From contig CAWGPD010000004.1 in the NCBI GenBank assembly GCA_963824385.1, forward strand, positions 64,001-128,000: 64,000 nt of DNA. The letters run 5' to 3'. Position 1 is the stretch's first letter. Each line of letters opens with the position of its first letter. Origin of the DNA: an uncultured Nitrososphaerota archaeon. GTDB taxonomy: Archaea; Thermoproteota; Nitrososphaeria; Nitrososphaerales; Nitrosopumilaceae. Shown in pieces: positions 11,246-21,390 of the stretch. A program made the translations under genes and the position numbers. The notes below the pieces were generated by a model, which saw only the letters and a program-made list of their open reading frames with translations, did not search any database and had not been told where the DNA came from.

Positions 11246-12805
11246 CTAAATCAACATAGAAGGTTCAAGAATCAGTGCCACTCTACCATCTGATAGGATT
11301 GATGCATCAGTAAATGCATCAGAGCCACCAAATGAATTATCTATTTTTTTAACAACAATTTCTTGTTCTTTTTCAAGCGAGTCAACAATCAAACCATAGT
11401 ATTTTCCATTTTTTTCAACAACTACTATGTGAATCTGATCATTTTCAGACATTTCAGGTACAGGAATTATACCAAGAATTGCAGAGGTTCTCAAAATAGG
11501 GATTATTTGCTCTCCTAGTTTGGCCATTTCTTTACCATGCGCGTTTAATATTTCGTGTCTATCAATTGTTAGAGTAGTGAAAATACTTGAAAGTGGCAAA
11601 ATGAATTTTTGATCTCCTATGTTTGCTACCAGGCCACCAATGATTGCCAGACTCAGAGGCATTGTAAGAATTATTGTAGTTCCCAATCCTTTTTCTGTCA
11701 AAATCTTCACTCGTCCTCCAAAATTTTTTACCTGCGTCATAACTACATCCATTCCAACTCCTCTTCCAGAAATTTCAGTCACTTCTTTTGCTGTTGAAAG
11801 TCCAGGAGTACCTATCAGACATATTACTTGTTCATCACTCATTTTTTCTACCTGTTCTTGTGTTACAATATTTTTCTCAACAGCTTTTATTTTTATAGAT
11901 TCGATATCCATTCCGCGTCCATCATCAGTTACTTGGATTTCTACATTGTTTGCCTTGCGAATGGCCCAAAGTCTGATTATGCCTACCGCTGGCTTTCCTA
12001 CTGCTTTTCTGATTTCAGGTGTCTCAATACCATGATCTACAGAGTTTCGTAACATGTGAAGAAGTGGGTCTGCAATGGCATCCAAGACACTCCTGTCAAG
12101 TTCTATGCCTGAGCCATTCATCTCAAGTTTAATTTCTTTTCCAAGTGAAGAAGAAATATCTCTAAGCATTCTGGAAAATCTATTGAACATATCATCGATG
12201 GGGACTAGCCTGATTTGCATCATCTTATGTTGAAGTTCGGTTATCAGACCTCCCAAATTTGTCACAATTTCACGCGTTTCATCGCTCATGTTAGAATATG
12301 GATTTTGTTCAAGACGTATTTTTGATATCATCATTTCTCCTACCAAGTTCATCATGTCATCAAGATTATCCATTCGAACTCTAACTATTGGAAAATTTGT
12401 TTTTTGTGTCACGCCCCGTGATTCAATATCTACCTGAAAGGAATTAGGGTCCTTAACATAATTAAGAAATTCTTGAAGATCAATTGTTTTCTTTTCATCC
12501 TGTACTAATTGTTTTATTAGATCTATGCCATAAAATAACACATTACCTGTTTCAGGAGTTATTCTTTCCTCATTTTGTCGGAATCTGTCAAAAATTTCTT
12601 CTGTAGACTTACAAATTTCCAGAATCTGTTCATATCCCATTGTTGCTGCCATTCCCTTAAGACTATGTGCAGATCGAAATAGATTGTCTACAAGTTCTTT
12701 GGAGTTTGGCTCTCCCTCATATTTTAAGAGATTTTGACTTAGATTCTCTACGTGTTCTAATGCCTCTTGTACAAACAACTCTCGATATTTACTATTTTCA
12801 GACAC
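11246..12805 (-). CDS. cheA: Chemotaxis histidine kinase CheA (P1-P3-P4-P5, no evident P2)
   Basis: LFRSAHSLKGMA Hpt, LLHMLRNSVDHGIE, DDGRG, SGRGVGMDVV, C-terminal CheW domain. Confidence 0.97.
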   Translation of the reverse strand: MSENSKYRELFVQEALEHVENLSQNLLKYEGEPNSKELVDNLFRSAHSLKGMAATMGYEQILEICKSTEEIFDRFRQNEERITPETGNVLFYGIDLIKQLVQDEKKTIDLQEFLNYVKDPNSFQVDIESRGVTQKTNFPIVRVRMDNLDDMMNLVGEMMISKIRLEQNPYSNMSDETREIVTNLGGLITELQHKMMQIRLVPIDDMFNRFSRMLRDISSSLGKEIKLEMNGSGIELDRSVLDAIADPLLHMLRNSVDHGIETPEIRKAVGKPAVGIIRLWAIRKANNVEIQVTDDGRGMDIESIKIKAVEKNIVTQEQVEKMSDEQVICLIGTPGLSTAKEVTEISGRGVGMDVVMTQVKNFGGRVKILTEKGLGTTIILTMPLSLAIIGGLVANIGDQKFILPLSSIFTTLTIDRHEILNAHGKEMAKLGEQIIPILRTSAILGIIPVPEMSENDQIHIVVVEKNGKYYGLIVDSLEKEQEIVVKKIDNSFGGSDAFTDASILSDGRVALILEPSMLI

Positions 12806-13859
12806 GTGTAGTCACCGCCTTTACTATTTCAGATATTAAATTATCAGCATCTACCATTTTATCTACCGCGTTCATTTCTTGGGCTGCCTTTGCCATACCA
12901 AATATTATTGATGAGGATTCATTTTGTGCAAGCGTCGTCCCATGTCTTTTCTTAATCATTCTCATTCCAAAAGCACCATCTTGTCCCATTCCAGATAATA
13001 GAATCCCCACAGTATTTGCTCCAAAAACTTCGGAAGCAGATACCATTGTCACATTGATAGAAGGCCTGGCCCCAAATCTCTTAGGACCCTGATTAAGCTG
13101 TATGTGATTTGGAGATCTTACCATCATGTGAAAATCTCCAGGAGCAATCAATGCTTCGCCTTCTTTAATAGCATCACCATCTAAGGCTTCCTTGACCCTT
13201 ATTGCTGAGACATCATTTAGACGTCGTGTAAAAGGAGATATGAAATCTTTTGACATATGTTGGACTATTAGAAATGAGGCAGGTATATCGGATGGAATAT
13301 CTTTAAGAATATTTGTAATTATTCTGGGTGCACCTGTTGATGCTCCAATTACGACAACTCTAGACTCCAAATTTTTGATTCTGTCAAATTTATCATGATA
13401 AGGTTTCAACTTGGATATAGCTTTTGGAACCAGAACATGTGGATTTGATCTAGAAGCAGCATCTATCTTTGAAACCAAGATATTTCCTAAATTACCTGAA
13501 GATGAAGGATTATTGTGAGATATTGAAACAAAATCAACTGCCCCCAGTTCAAGAGAATCAAGAACAAGTTTAGCTCCTGTCTGACTATAACTACTTACAA
13601 CAATAATTGGAATACTTTTTTCTTTCATAGATTTTTCAATGAAAGTTAATCCGTCCATATTTGGCATTTCCAAATCTAAAAGCACAACATCTGTTGGCAT
13701 GTATTTTATTTTTTGCAACGCTTCAAGACCATCACGCGCAGTAGATGAAACTTTTATTCTGCTATCGCGTGTAACGAGTTCTTTTAACATCTCGATCATA
13801 AAAGGAGAATCATTTACAATCATCACATTGATTTGATGCTCTTCGGATGTCAGCATCAT
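12798..13859 (-). CDS. cheB: Chemotaxis methylesterase CheB (receiver + catalytic domain)
   Basis: LDLEMP receiver; GASTG, VQHM and GMGQDG catalytic triad. Confidence 0.96.
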   Translation of the reverse strand: MMLTSEEHQINVMIVNDSPFMIEMLKELVTRDSRIKVSSTARDGLEALQKIKYMPTDVVLLDLEMPNMDGLTFIEKSMKEKSIPIIVVSSYSQTGAKLVLDSLELGAVDFVSISHNNPSSSGNLGNILVSKIDAASRSNPHVLVPKAISKLKPYHDKFDRIKNLESRVVVIGASTGAPRIITNILKDIPSDIPASFLIVQHMSKDFISPFTRRLNDVSAIRVKEALDGDAIKEGEALIAPGDFHMMVRSPNHIQLNQGPKRFGARPSINVTMVSASEVFGANTVGILLSGMGQDGAFGMRMIKKRHGTTLAQNESSSIIFGMAKAAQEMNAVDKMVDADNLISEIVKAVTTRV

Positions 13860-13860
13860 T

Positions 13861-14244
13861 TTATCTCGACCTAATTACCTTGTTTATAATCAGTGCAACA
13901 TTTGGTCTATCAAATGGTTTTATGATATAGTCTCTCGCACCAGCCTTCATTGCATCTTGTATAACGTGTTTTTGCTCTACTGCTGTAACCATTACAACTT
14001 TGGCTCTGGGATTAATCCGCAAAATAGACTGGAGTGCATGAATGCCATCTGCTTTTGGCATGTTTACATCCATTGTAACCACATCTGGCTTGAATTGCTT
14101 GTAGGCCTCAACTGCAGCCAATCCATCTCCTGCCTCATAGATTTGAGACGCAAGACCATGTGAGATGAGAATGTCCTTTAATACAATGCGCATAAAGGAT
14201 GCATCATCAACTATCAGGAATTTTACATTATTTACAACAGACAT
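13861..14244 (-). CDS. cheY: Chemotaxis response regulator CheY
   Basis: Receiver motifs; lies between cheW and cheB. Confidence 0.96.
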   Translation of the reverse strand: MSVVNNVKFLIVDDASFMRIVLKDILISHGLASQIYEAGDGLAAVEAYKQFKPDVVTMDVNMPKADGIHALQSILRINPRAKVVMVTAVEQKHVIQDAMKAGARDYIIKPFDRPNVALIINKVIRSR

Positions 14245-14245
14245 T

Positions 14246-14728
14246 TTACATTCCCATTCCTAAAGTTGGCGAGTTTTTTAGTAAGATGCCAACATCAAGT
14301 AAAACAACCAGTTTTTGTCCAGTTTTTGCAATACCTATAACATATGAAATAGACTCAAAACCGCCAGAAACATTACAGTCTACATCTGTAGATGGGATTT
14401 TAATGACTTGATCTACGCCATCGGTCAATAGTCCTACAAGTTTAGAATCTATTTCAACTACAAGAATCATCATCTTGGAATTAATGATATTAGTTTTTGA
14501 AAAACCTAGTTTTTCCTTTAAATCTATAATCGGCATTATGGTACCTCTAAGATTCATCACCCCTTTTACGTAGCCTGGGCTATTTGGAATAACAGTGATA
14601 GATTCCAATGGTCGTATTTCTCTTACTTGATCAATTAGAATGCCATAATTTTCTTGTTTGTTTTTTTCCTCATCATGCAATCTAAATATAATTATTTGAA
14701 AATCTGATACGATAACTTCGCTTGTCAT
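14246..14728 (-). CDS. cheW: Chemotaxis coupling protein CheW
   Basis: [35 protein letters not shown]. Confidence 0.96.
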   Translation of the reverse strand: MTSEVIVSDFQIIIFRLHDEEKNKQENYGILIDQVREIRPLESITVIPNSPGYVKGVMNLRGTIMPIIDLKEKLGFSKTNIINSKMMILVVEIDSKLVGLLTDGVDQVIKIPSTDVDCNVSGGFESISYVIGIAKTGQKLVVLLDVGILLKNSPTLGMGM

Positions 14729-16086
14729 TGTATTAACACCTCTTTTTTCACATGTATTGGTTTTTTATTTCCTGATTCATTTTTGTAATTTTCTGGCAAT
14801 TTAAAAGCAGATACAGTTTTAGATAGATCCTCTGCCATAATAGTCATATTTTGTATCGAAGAAATAATTTCTTGAGTACCCGAAATTTGTTGTTCCGTTG
14901 CAGCAGAAGCTTGCTCTGTTGCAGAGGCATTTTGTTCAGAGACGGCTGCAATTTCAGAAGCTGCTTTTGATAATTTTTCTATTTCAGATACTTGTGTTTT
15001 AGTAGTATTTGCTACATCTAAAACATTAATTGATACATCTTTTACTTTGGATGCAATCTCGTTTAGAGATCTTAGTGCCTTGTCAATTACAATTCTACCC
15101 TCAGCAACTTCTTTAGTACTGCCTTCGATACTTTCAACTGTAGATTGTGCATCTTCCTGAATCTTTGCTATCAACTCGGCAATTTCTTCAGATGATCTTG
15201 CAGAACCTTCGGCTAATCTTTTGACTTCGTCAGCTACTACTGCAAATCCTTGTCCTGCCTCTCCAGCACGGGCAGCCTCAATAGTAGCATTAAGTGCCAA
15301 CAAATTAGTTTGGTCCGCAATTTTTCTTATAACTTCTAAAACAGTTGTGATTTCCCTGCTTCTATCTGCCAACTCTCTGATTTTTTTTGAGGAATCATTA
15401 GTTACACTGATTATCTTAGACATTCTAAAATCAGCTTCAGAAGCAGATTTTGACCCAGTCTCAGATATCAAACCGACTTCTCTCACTAAAGTGGCAGCCA
15501 TTCCAGATTTTGCTTCCAGTTTTTTCATATCAGCAGTAAGTTTTTCTACAACTCTGCTTGTTTCTTCAAGTTCTTTAGCTTGTAACTGAGAACCTTTTGA
15601 TATTTGTGAAATCGTAGATGAGATTTGCTGTACAGACGAATTCATTTGTTCTGTAGAAGATTGGACTTGTTCAGAATTAAAGGTCACAAGTGTGGAACCG
15701 TCGCGTACTTGATAGACCAATAAACGTAATCCTTTCAACATCTCTTTGAAAGAATTTTTTAATTTACCAAGTTCATCGTTTGAATTAGAATCACTAATTT
15801 CTAGTGTCAAGTCACCTTCACTTATTTTTCTAGCAATTGCCTCCATCTCAAGTATTGGCCCAGATATTGATTTGGCCAAAAAATATGCAAAAGTACCGAC
15901 TATGCACTGCATTACAATTCCAGTTACGACATAATGTAAGATAGTACTCAGAGTTTGCAAGTCGGATTGTTGTAATGAAAAATAACTTATCAAAGAAATA
16001 GATGCAATTGACAAGGCAGAAACTACATTTACCATCACAATTATTTTTAGATTAAGACTTTTAGTTAGAGGGTTAGTTATTGCCAA
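14725..16086 (-). CDS. Methyl-accepting chemotaxis protein (2 TM, HAMP, signalling domain; almost no extracellular loop)
   Basis: [33 protein letters not shown] hairpin; HAMP motif GDLT..DELG. Confidence 0.95.
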   Translation of the reverse strand: MAITNPLTKSLNLKIIVMVNVVSALSIASISLISYFSLQQSDLQTLSTILHYVVTGIVMQCIVGTFAYFLAKSISGPILEMEAIARKISEGDLTLEISDSNSNDELGKLKNSFKEMLKGLRLLVYQVRDGSTLVTFNSEQVQSSTEQMNSSVQQISSTISQISKGSQLQAKELEETSRVVEKLTADMKKLEAKSGMAATLVREVGLISETGSKSASEADFRMSKIISVTNDSSKKIRELADRSREITTVLEVIRKIADQTNLLALNATIEAARAGEAGQGFAVVADEVKRLAEGSARSSEEIAELIAKIQEDAQSTVESIEGSTKEVAEGRIVIDKALRSLNEIASKVKDVSINVLDVANTTKTQVSEIEKLSKAASEIAAVSEQNASATEQASAATEQQISGTQEIISSIQNMTIMAEDLSKTVSAFKLPENYKNESGNKKPIHVKKEVLIQ

Positions 16087-16234
16087 AGATGAGTCAATGT
16101 ATGAAGCTTAAATAATGATAATATGTTCACGTATGTTTGAATCGATCATACAATTTCGCAAAAATATGATGCCCGTATAAGAAGATCAAAGTCAATTTTT
16201 CAAATAAAACCCAGTCTATCCAATATTGTATTTA

Positions 16235-17359
16235 TCAGTTAATTTTCTGTATGATTACGGAATGCAATCCAGAAGCATATGATTCATAACCTGGAGAATA
16301 GGCATGAGCAATACAGCATTTATCTCCACGATAATCTGTAATCATGAAATCTTTCTTTTTTTCAAAAAGCATATTTCTTCCAAGAAACTCAATTCTATCA
16401 TCAAGTATGAGGTCTTGAGAGTCTGCAAAAATAAGACCGTCATCATCAACAATGCATATTCTAGTAGTGTGTTTTTCTGCATCAATAAGATGAGATTGCT
16501 TTACAATTTTTTGTGCCATGTCTTCCCATCTAAAAAATGCACCCAGCACACCTATGATTTTACCATGTTGATATCCTCCCTCACGAACAGCGCATGAAAA
16601 AACAAGACTTACTTCATTATGCACCAAAGTATTTCGGGTAACTTTTTGAAAACCGAATTCTTTTCCATTGCTAGTTTTCAGTGCAGTCTCAAACCATTCT
16701 GAGCCTTTTACGTTTGCACCTACTATGTTAATATTTTCTGGTCGTCCATTTGCTACAATGTTTCCATCCAAATCACATAACATTAGATCAAAATATACAG
16801 TATATGAATTCAAGATGATGCTAAAACGCTTTTCGGCTAGATCATAACCACCTCTTGTCTTTCTTGTTAATGCGTTAACTAAACTATCATCTGTAGCCCA
16901 CCAAATGACATTAATGGATCTTTCAAAGAGATTTCTGTCAACAATATCTATATTTGTAAGCGCAAGATCAGATAAGCGAGTTCCCCTAACATTAGTAGCT
17001 TGTATTCTTATCAAATTTTCTAATTCGTTTAAGGCATCATGACTTTCAATACGCATTTTTTTATTGACCACCCCTATTTTATTAGAAAGTTCATTCATTT
17101 GCGCTGCAACTACTGAGAATGTCTTTCCAGCTAAACCTGCCCTGCTTGCTTCAATTCTAGCATTTATTGCAATCATCTGTGTTTGTCCATTTAGTTTTCC
17201 AATTTCATGAATTGCTGAATCTACTTTATTTTTCAACATTTGTGACAATTCTGCTACACGTTCAAGTGTAAAGTTATTTTCATCCATTTGCGACGTTAGT
17301 TCTGGGGCAATCCCACTTTTTTGATTTTCAGATTCACTCAATAGCATATCAGAATTCAT
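16235..17359 (-). CDS. Soluble chemoreceptor-like protein: short MCP hairpin followed by a Cache-like domain
   Basis: QMIAINARIEASRAGLAGKTFSVVA at the N-terminus; YFDLMLCDLDGNIVANG..WF..LVFSCAV..IIGVLGAFF at the C-terminus; no TM segment. Confidence 0.8.
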   Translation of the reverse strand: MNSDMLLSESENQKSGIAPELTSQMDENNFTLERVAELSQMLKNKVDSAIHEIGKLNGQTQMIAINARIEASRAGLAGKTFSVVAAQMNELSNKIGVVNKKMRIESHDALNELENLIRIQATNVRGTRLSDLALTNIDIVDRNLFERSINVIWWATDDSLVNALTRKTRGGYDLAEKRFSIILNSYTVYFDLMLCDLDGNIVANGRPENINIVGANVKGSEWFETALKTSNGKEFGFQKVTRNTLVHNEVSLVFSCAVREGGYQHGKIIGVLGAFFRWEDMAQKIVKQSHLIDAEKHTTRICIVDDDGLIFADSQDLILDDRIEFLGRNMLFEKKKDFMITDYRGDKCCIAHAYSPGYESYASGLHSVIIQKIN

Positions 17360-17698
17360 CTAAATCGCCATGTTTTACAAACAATTGGAATTGACAAGAG
17401 ATATTTTGCATAAGAAATTCATCGTATCATATTCTTATAGGATATAGTCTGTTTAGCACAAACATACAGAAAAAGAATCCATAGTTTGCATGGCATAAAT
17501 GAATGAAAAATTAGCCAATCAACTACACCCTAGTCTGCGTAAAGAGGAATCGGACATGACATTTATGCCCAAATCGACATATCGGGAACAATCCAGATAT
17601 TTGCATATAAACAACAAAGCGTGAAATGCCTACTGGAACCTAGTTCGATCAAGATGCACAGACGGATGGATAATACGAACTAGTCAGATTCCAGATCA

Positions 17699-18400
17699 AT
17701 GACAACTTCCGTAAGAAGTAGAAAGACACGTCGTGGAGTCATCGGCATCGAGTCCGCAATAGTTATGATAGCATTCGTAATCGTTGCTGCAGCTTTAGCC
17801 TTTGTCGTCCTCAACATGGGTTTTTCAACAACACAAAAGGCAAAGACAGCAATTTCATCCTCTGTCACAGAATCCAGCAGTGCACTTGAGATCGCAGGCA
17901 AAGTAACAGGCTTTGGCTATATCTCACAAGGTGTACTCAACGCCACAGTTATCCCTCTAAAGGTAGCAGGTGGTGGAGATGCAGTAAGTCTGGATCCTGC
18001 TCTGACAGATGTCAAGTATTACAGCAACACCGTAAGATATGACAACATCTTTGGTGCAGGTTGCGCGTTAGGAAATCAAACAACTCCTGTACTTAATGCA
18101 ACACATGCAGCAAATCTTGCAATAACAAGCGGCTGTATTACCGGTAGTACCCTTCCAAGTGAAGGAAACGGCCAGGTACCCCACATGACAAAAGGAATCA
18201 TTTACTGGGATGTGAACATAAACAACAACAACATACTTGACGTAGGTGAACATGCAAACTTGTTAATCATGTACGCCAGTAGTGATAGACCAGCACAGCT
18301 AGATAATATCAAGGCTGAGATCATCGTACCAACTGGTTCTGCATTGACTGTAGAAAGACAAGTGCCAGCAATTACCACACAAAATGTGGATTTAGGCTAA
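17699..18400 (+). CDS. arlB: Archaellin, type A
   Basis: Class III signal RRG/VIGIESAIVMIAFVIVAA; C-terminal IVPTGSALTVER. Confidence 0.96.
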   Translation: MTTSVRSRKTRRGVIGIESAIVMIAFVIVAAALAFVVLNMGFSTTQKAKTAISSSVTESSSALEIAGKVTGFGYISQGVLNATVIPLKVAGGGDAVSLDPALTDVKYYSNTVRYDNIFGAGCALGNQTTPVLNATHAANLAITSGCITGSTLPSEGNGQVPHMTKGIIYWDVNINNNNILDVGEHANLLIMYASSDRPAQLDNIKAEIIVPTGSALTVERQVPAITTQNVDLG

Positions 18401-18423
18401 GCAGAAAACTTATTCTAACAACC

Positions 18424-18445
18424 TTTCTTTTTTTATTTTTAATTA
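18424..18445 (+). terminator. T-rich archaeal terminator after the archaellin (repeated at ~19305 and ~20186)
   Basis: tttctttttttatttttaatt about 25 nt after the stop in all three places. Confidence 0.6.
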
Positions 18446-18598
18446 AATCAATTATAAATTATCTTGCATAATAATTTCTTTTTGAAATTATATTTTTTAA
18501 TTTATTACTATACGATAATCCACAGTCATGACATAGAATGTTGTTTGATCAATAAACACACACTGTCGGATAATACCATACCGTGGATATCACTAGTA

Positions 18599-19282
18599 AT
18601 GAAATCTACAACAAGAAGTAGAAAGACTCGTCGTGGAGTCATCGGTATAGAGTCTGCAATAGTTATGATAGCATTCGTAATCGTTGCTGCAGCTTTAGCC
18701 TTTGTCGTCCTCAACATGGGTTTTTCAACAACACAAAAGGCAAAGACAGCAATTTCATCCTCTGTCTCAGAATCCAGCAGTGCACTTGAGATCGCAGGCA
18801 AAGTAACAGGCTTTGGTGATGTCTCAGCAGGTTCACTCAACGCCACAGTAGTACCAATCAAGGTAGCAGGTGGTGGAGATTCAGTAAGCTTGGATCCTAC
18901 TCTGACAGACATCAAGTATTACAGCAACACCGTAAGATATGACAACATCTATGGTGTGAATTGTGTATTAGGCTCAGCCACATACAACAATGCATCAGCA
19001 GCAATTGATGCCGCAGTTCTTGCAGGCTGTACTAACGCCAATTCATTAACTGGCGGAGCACCACATTCTACCCAGGCAATTATTTACTGGGATGTGAACA
19101 TAAACAACAACAGCATACTTGATCAAGGTGAACATGCAAACATGGTCATTCAATATGATAGTGCAGACAAACCAAAACAGCTAGATGACATCAAGGCTGA
19201 AATCATCGTACCAACTGGTTCTGCATTGACTGTAGAAAGACAAGTGCCAGCAATTACCACAAACATAGTTGACCTAGGATAA
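18599..19282 (+). CDS. arlB: Archaellin, type B
   Basis: MKSTTRSRKTRRG/VIGIE; ATG at 18599 chosen over the upstream TTG extension. Confidence 0.95.
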   Translation: MKSTTRSRKTRRGVIGIESAIVMIAFVIVAAALAFVVLNMGFSTTQKAKTAISSSVSESSSALEIAGKVTGFGDVSAGSLNATVVPIKVAGGGDSVSLDPTLTDIKYYSNTVRYDNIYGVNCVLGSATYNNASAAIDAAVLAGCTNANSLTGGAPHSTQAIIYWDVNINNNSILDQGEHANMVIQYDSADKPKQLDDIKAEIIVPTGSALTVERQVPAITTNIVDLG

Positions 19283-19479
19283 GCAAAAACTTATTCTAAC
19301 AACCTTTCTTTTTTTATTTTTAATTAAATCAATTATAAATTATCTTGCATAATAATTTCTTTTTGAAATTATATTTTTTAATTTATTACTATACGATAAT
19401 CCACAGTCATGACATAGAATGTTGTTTGATCAATAAACACACACTGTCGGATAATACCATACCGTGGATATCACTAGTA

Positions 19480-20163
19480 ATGAAATCTACAACAAGAAGT
19501 AGAAAGACTCGTCGTGGAGTCATCGGTATAGAGTCTGCAATAGTTATGATAGCATTCGTAATCGTTGCTGCAGCTTTAGCCTTTGTCGTCCTCAACATGG
19601 GTTTTTCAACAACACAAAAGGCAAAGACAGCAATTTCATCCTCTGTCTCAGAATCCAGCAGTGCACTTGAGATCGCAGGCAAAGTAACAGGCTTTGGTGA
19701 TGTCTCAGCAGGTTCACTCAACGCCACAGTAGTACCAATCAAGGTAGCAGGTGGTGGAGATTCAGTAAGCTTGGATCCTACTCTGACAGACATCAAGTAT
19801 TACAGCAACACCGTAAGATATGACAACATCTATGGTGTGAATTGTGTATTAGGCTCAGCCACATACAACAATGCATCAGCAGCAATTGATGCCGCAGTTC
19901 TTGCAGGCTGTACTAACGCCAATTCATTAACTGGCGGAGCACCACATTCTACCCAGGCAATTATTTACTGGGATGTGAACATAAACAACAACAGCATACT
20001 TGATCAAGGTGAACATGCAAACATGGTCATTCAATATGATAGTGCAGACAAACCAAAACAGCTAGATGACATCAAGGCTGAAATCATCGTACCAACTGGT
20101 TCTGCATTGACTGTAGAAAGACAAGTGCCAGCAATTACCACAAACATAGTTGACCTAGGATAA
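19480..20163 (+). CDS. arlB: Archaellin, type B (identical tandem copy)
   Basis: Identical to 18599..19282. Confidence 0.88.
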   Translation: MKSTTRSRKTRRGVIGIESAIVMIAFVIVAAALAFVVLNMGFSTTQKAKTAISSSVSESSSALEIAGKVTGFGDVSAGSLNATVVPIKVAGGGDSVSLDPTLTDIKYYSNTVRYDNIYGVNCVLGSATYNNASAAIDAAVLAGCTNANSLTGGAPHSTQAIIYWDVNINNNSILDQGEHANMVIQYDSADKPKQLDDIKAEIIVPTGSALTVERQVPAITTNIVDLG

Positions 20164-20290
20164 GCAAAAACTTATTCTAACAACCTTTCTTTTTTTATTT
20201 TTAATTAAATTCAAGATGGAATATAATTTACAATCATATGTGAAGATCCAAGTGTTTTTGCGTTCTAAAAAATTACCCTATTAGTCTAAT

Positions 20291-21316
20291 TTGAACAAGC
20301 GTCGTCGTTTTGTTTTATTACCAAGTACTTTTTTTATGAGTCAGATATACGGCATTGTATTTCTATTTGCCATATTTTTCATCACATCAACATCATATGC
20401 ATTTGCTGATAGTTCTAGCATACCATGGGAGGTAACAATAAAGACAAATCCTGGAGTAAATAGTACATCTTACTGGCCTCCAGAGATACAAGCTAGACAA
20501 AATGATACAATCCAGTGGACTAACAATGACACAACGGCACACACTATCACAAGTGGTGTACCGGATAAACCGACATATTACGGAAAAATATTTGATAGTG
20601 GTACAATCAACCCAGGGGAGACATATTCTCTAAAAATCCCATCTGGCCATGAATGGTCAGCATATTATTATTTTGATAAAATTCATCCATGGATGACTGG
20701 TAAAATTGATGTAGGGGTAGCATATCTGGAAACCTCTCCAGATTTTAACATAGAAACAGATAAAGAAGTTTACTCTGATGGTGATATTGTTAGAATTTCT
20801 GGAGTTGTAACAAATACAGATCAAATAACACCTGTCATAATCCAGATATTTGATAGCCAGCGAAATCTAGTCTTTCTAAATCAAACCAATATACTTCAAG
20901 ATCATAGTTTCTTGTACGAATTCAAGGCTACAAATTCAATCTTCAAGACTGACGGAAATTATAAAATCAAATCATATTATGGATTCCCATCCACAATAAC
21001 CGATGTTGATATTTCGTTTAATCAAACCCAGTCATCAGCATCCAATACATACTACATTCCACAATATATCAAAAATAATGCAAAATGGTGGGCAGGCGGA
21101 GAAATAACTGACAACGAGTTTATCAACGCAATTCAATTTTTGATCAAAAACGGATACATGTTAATTCACACATCAAATATGTCAAAAATCAACTCACCGA
21201 TAATTCCCATCTGGATTAAATACAATGCTGGAAATTGGACAGCAGGTAATGTTTCAGATGATGAGTTTGCATCAAGCATATCATATCTGATAAACCACGG
21301 CATCATTCAGATATAG
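20291..21316 (+). CDS. Secreted cupredoxin-like protein with an Ig-like middle domain and two thaumarchaeal IPxWIKxNAxxW repeats
   Basis: Signal peptide (..SYAFA); WTNNDTTAHTITSG, FDSG, YFDKIHPWMTG; IPQYIKNNAKWW and IPIWIKYNAGNW. Start probably the ATG at ~20336. Confidence 0.85.
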   Translation: MNKRRRFVLLPSTFFMSQIYGIVFLFAIFFITSTSYAFADSSSIPWEVTIKTNPGVNSTSYWPPEIQARQNDTIQWTNNDTTAHTITSGVPDKPTYYGKIFDSGTINPGETYSLKIPSGHEWSAYYYFDKIHPWMTGKIDVGVAYLETSPDFNIETDKEVYSDGDIVRISGVVTNTDQITPVIIQIFDSQRNLVFLNQTNILQDHSFLYEFKATNSIFKTDGNYKIKSYYGFPSTITDVDISFNQTQSSASNTYYIPQYIKNNAKWWAGGEITDNEFINAIQFLIKNGYMLIHTSNMSKINSPIIPIWIKYNAGNWTAGNVSDDEFASSISYLINHGIIQI

Positions 21317-21390
21317 AATTTTTCAAATTTTTTGTTTGATCATACCAAACATACTTGAGGATTAAGCCTAGACGTTTCATAAAACAGTCA

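Larger units (their letters stand above)
18405..20210 (+). repeat. 881-bp exact tandem duplication containing archaellin B and its upstream region
   Basis: ORFs at 18464 and 19345 are identical (offset 881). The ~45-bp post-stop segment recurs a third time at ~20167. Confidence 0.92.

Noticed and set aside
18464..18598. 45-aa N-terminal extension on archaellin B in the ORF track (also at 19345 and 21355)
   Set aside because: It starts at TTG in AT-rich intergenic DNA; the class III leader begins at the downstream ATG.
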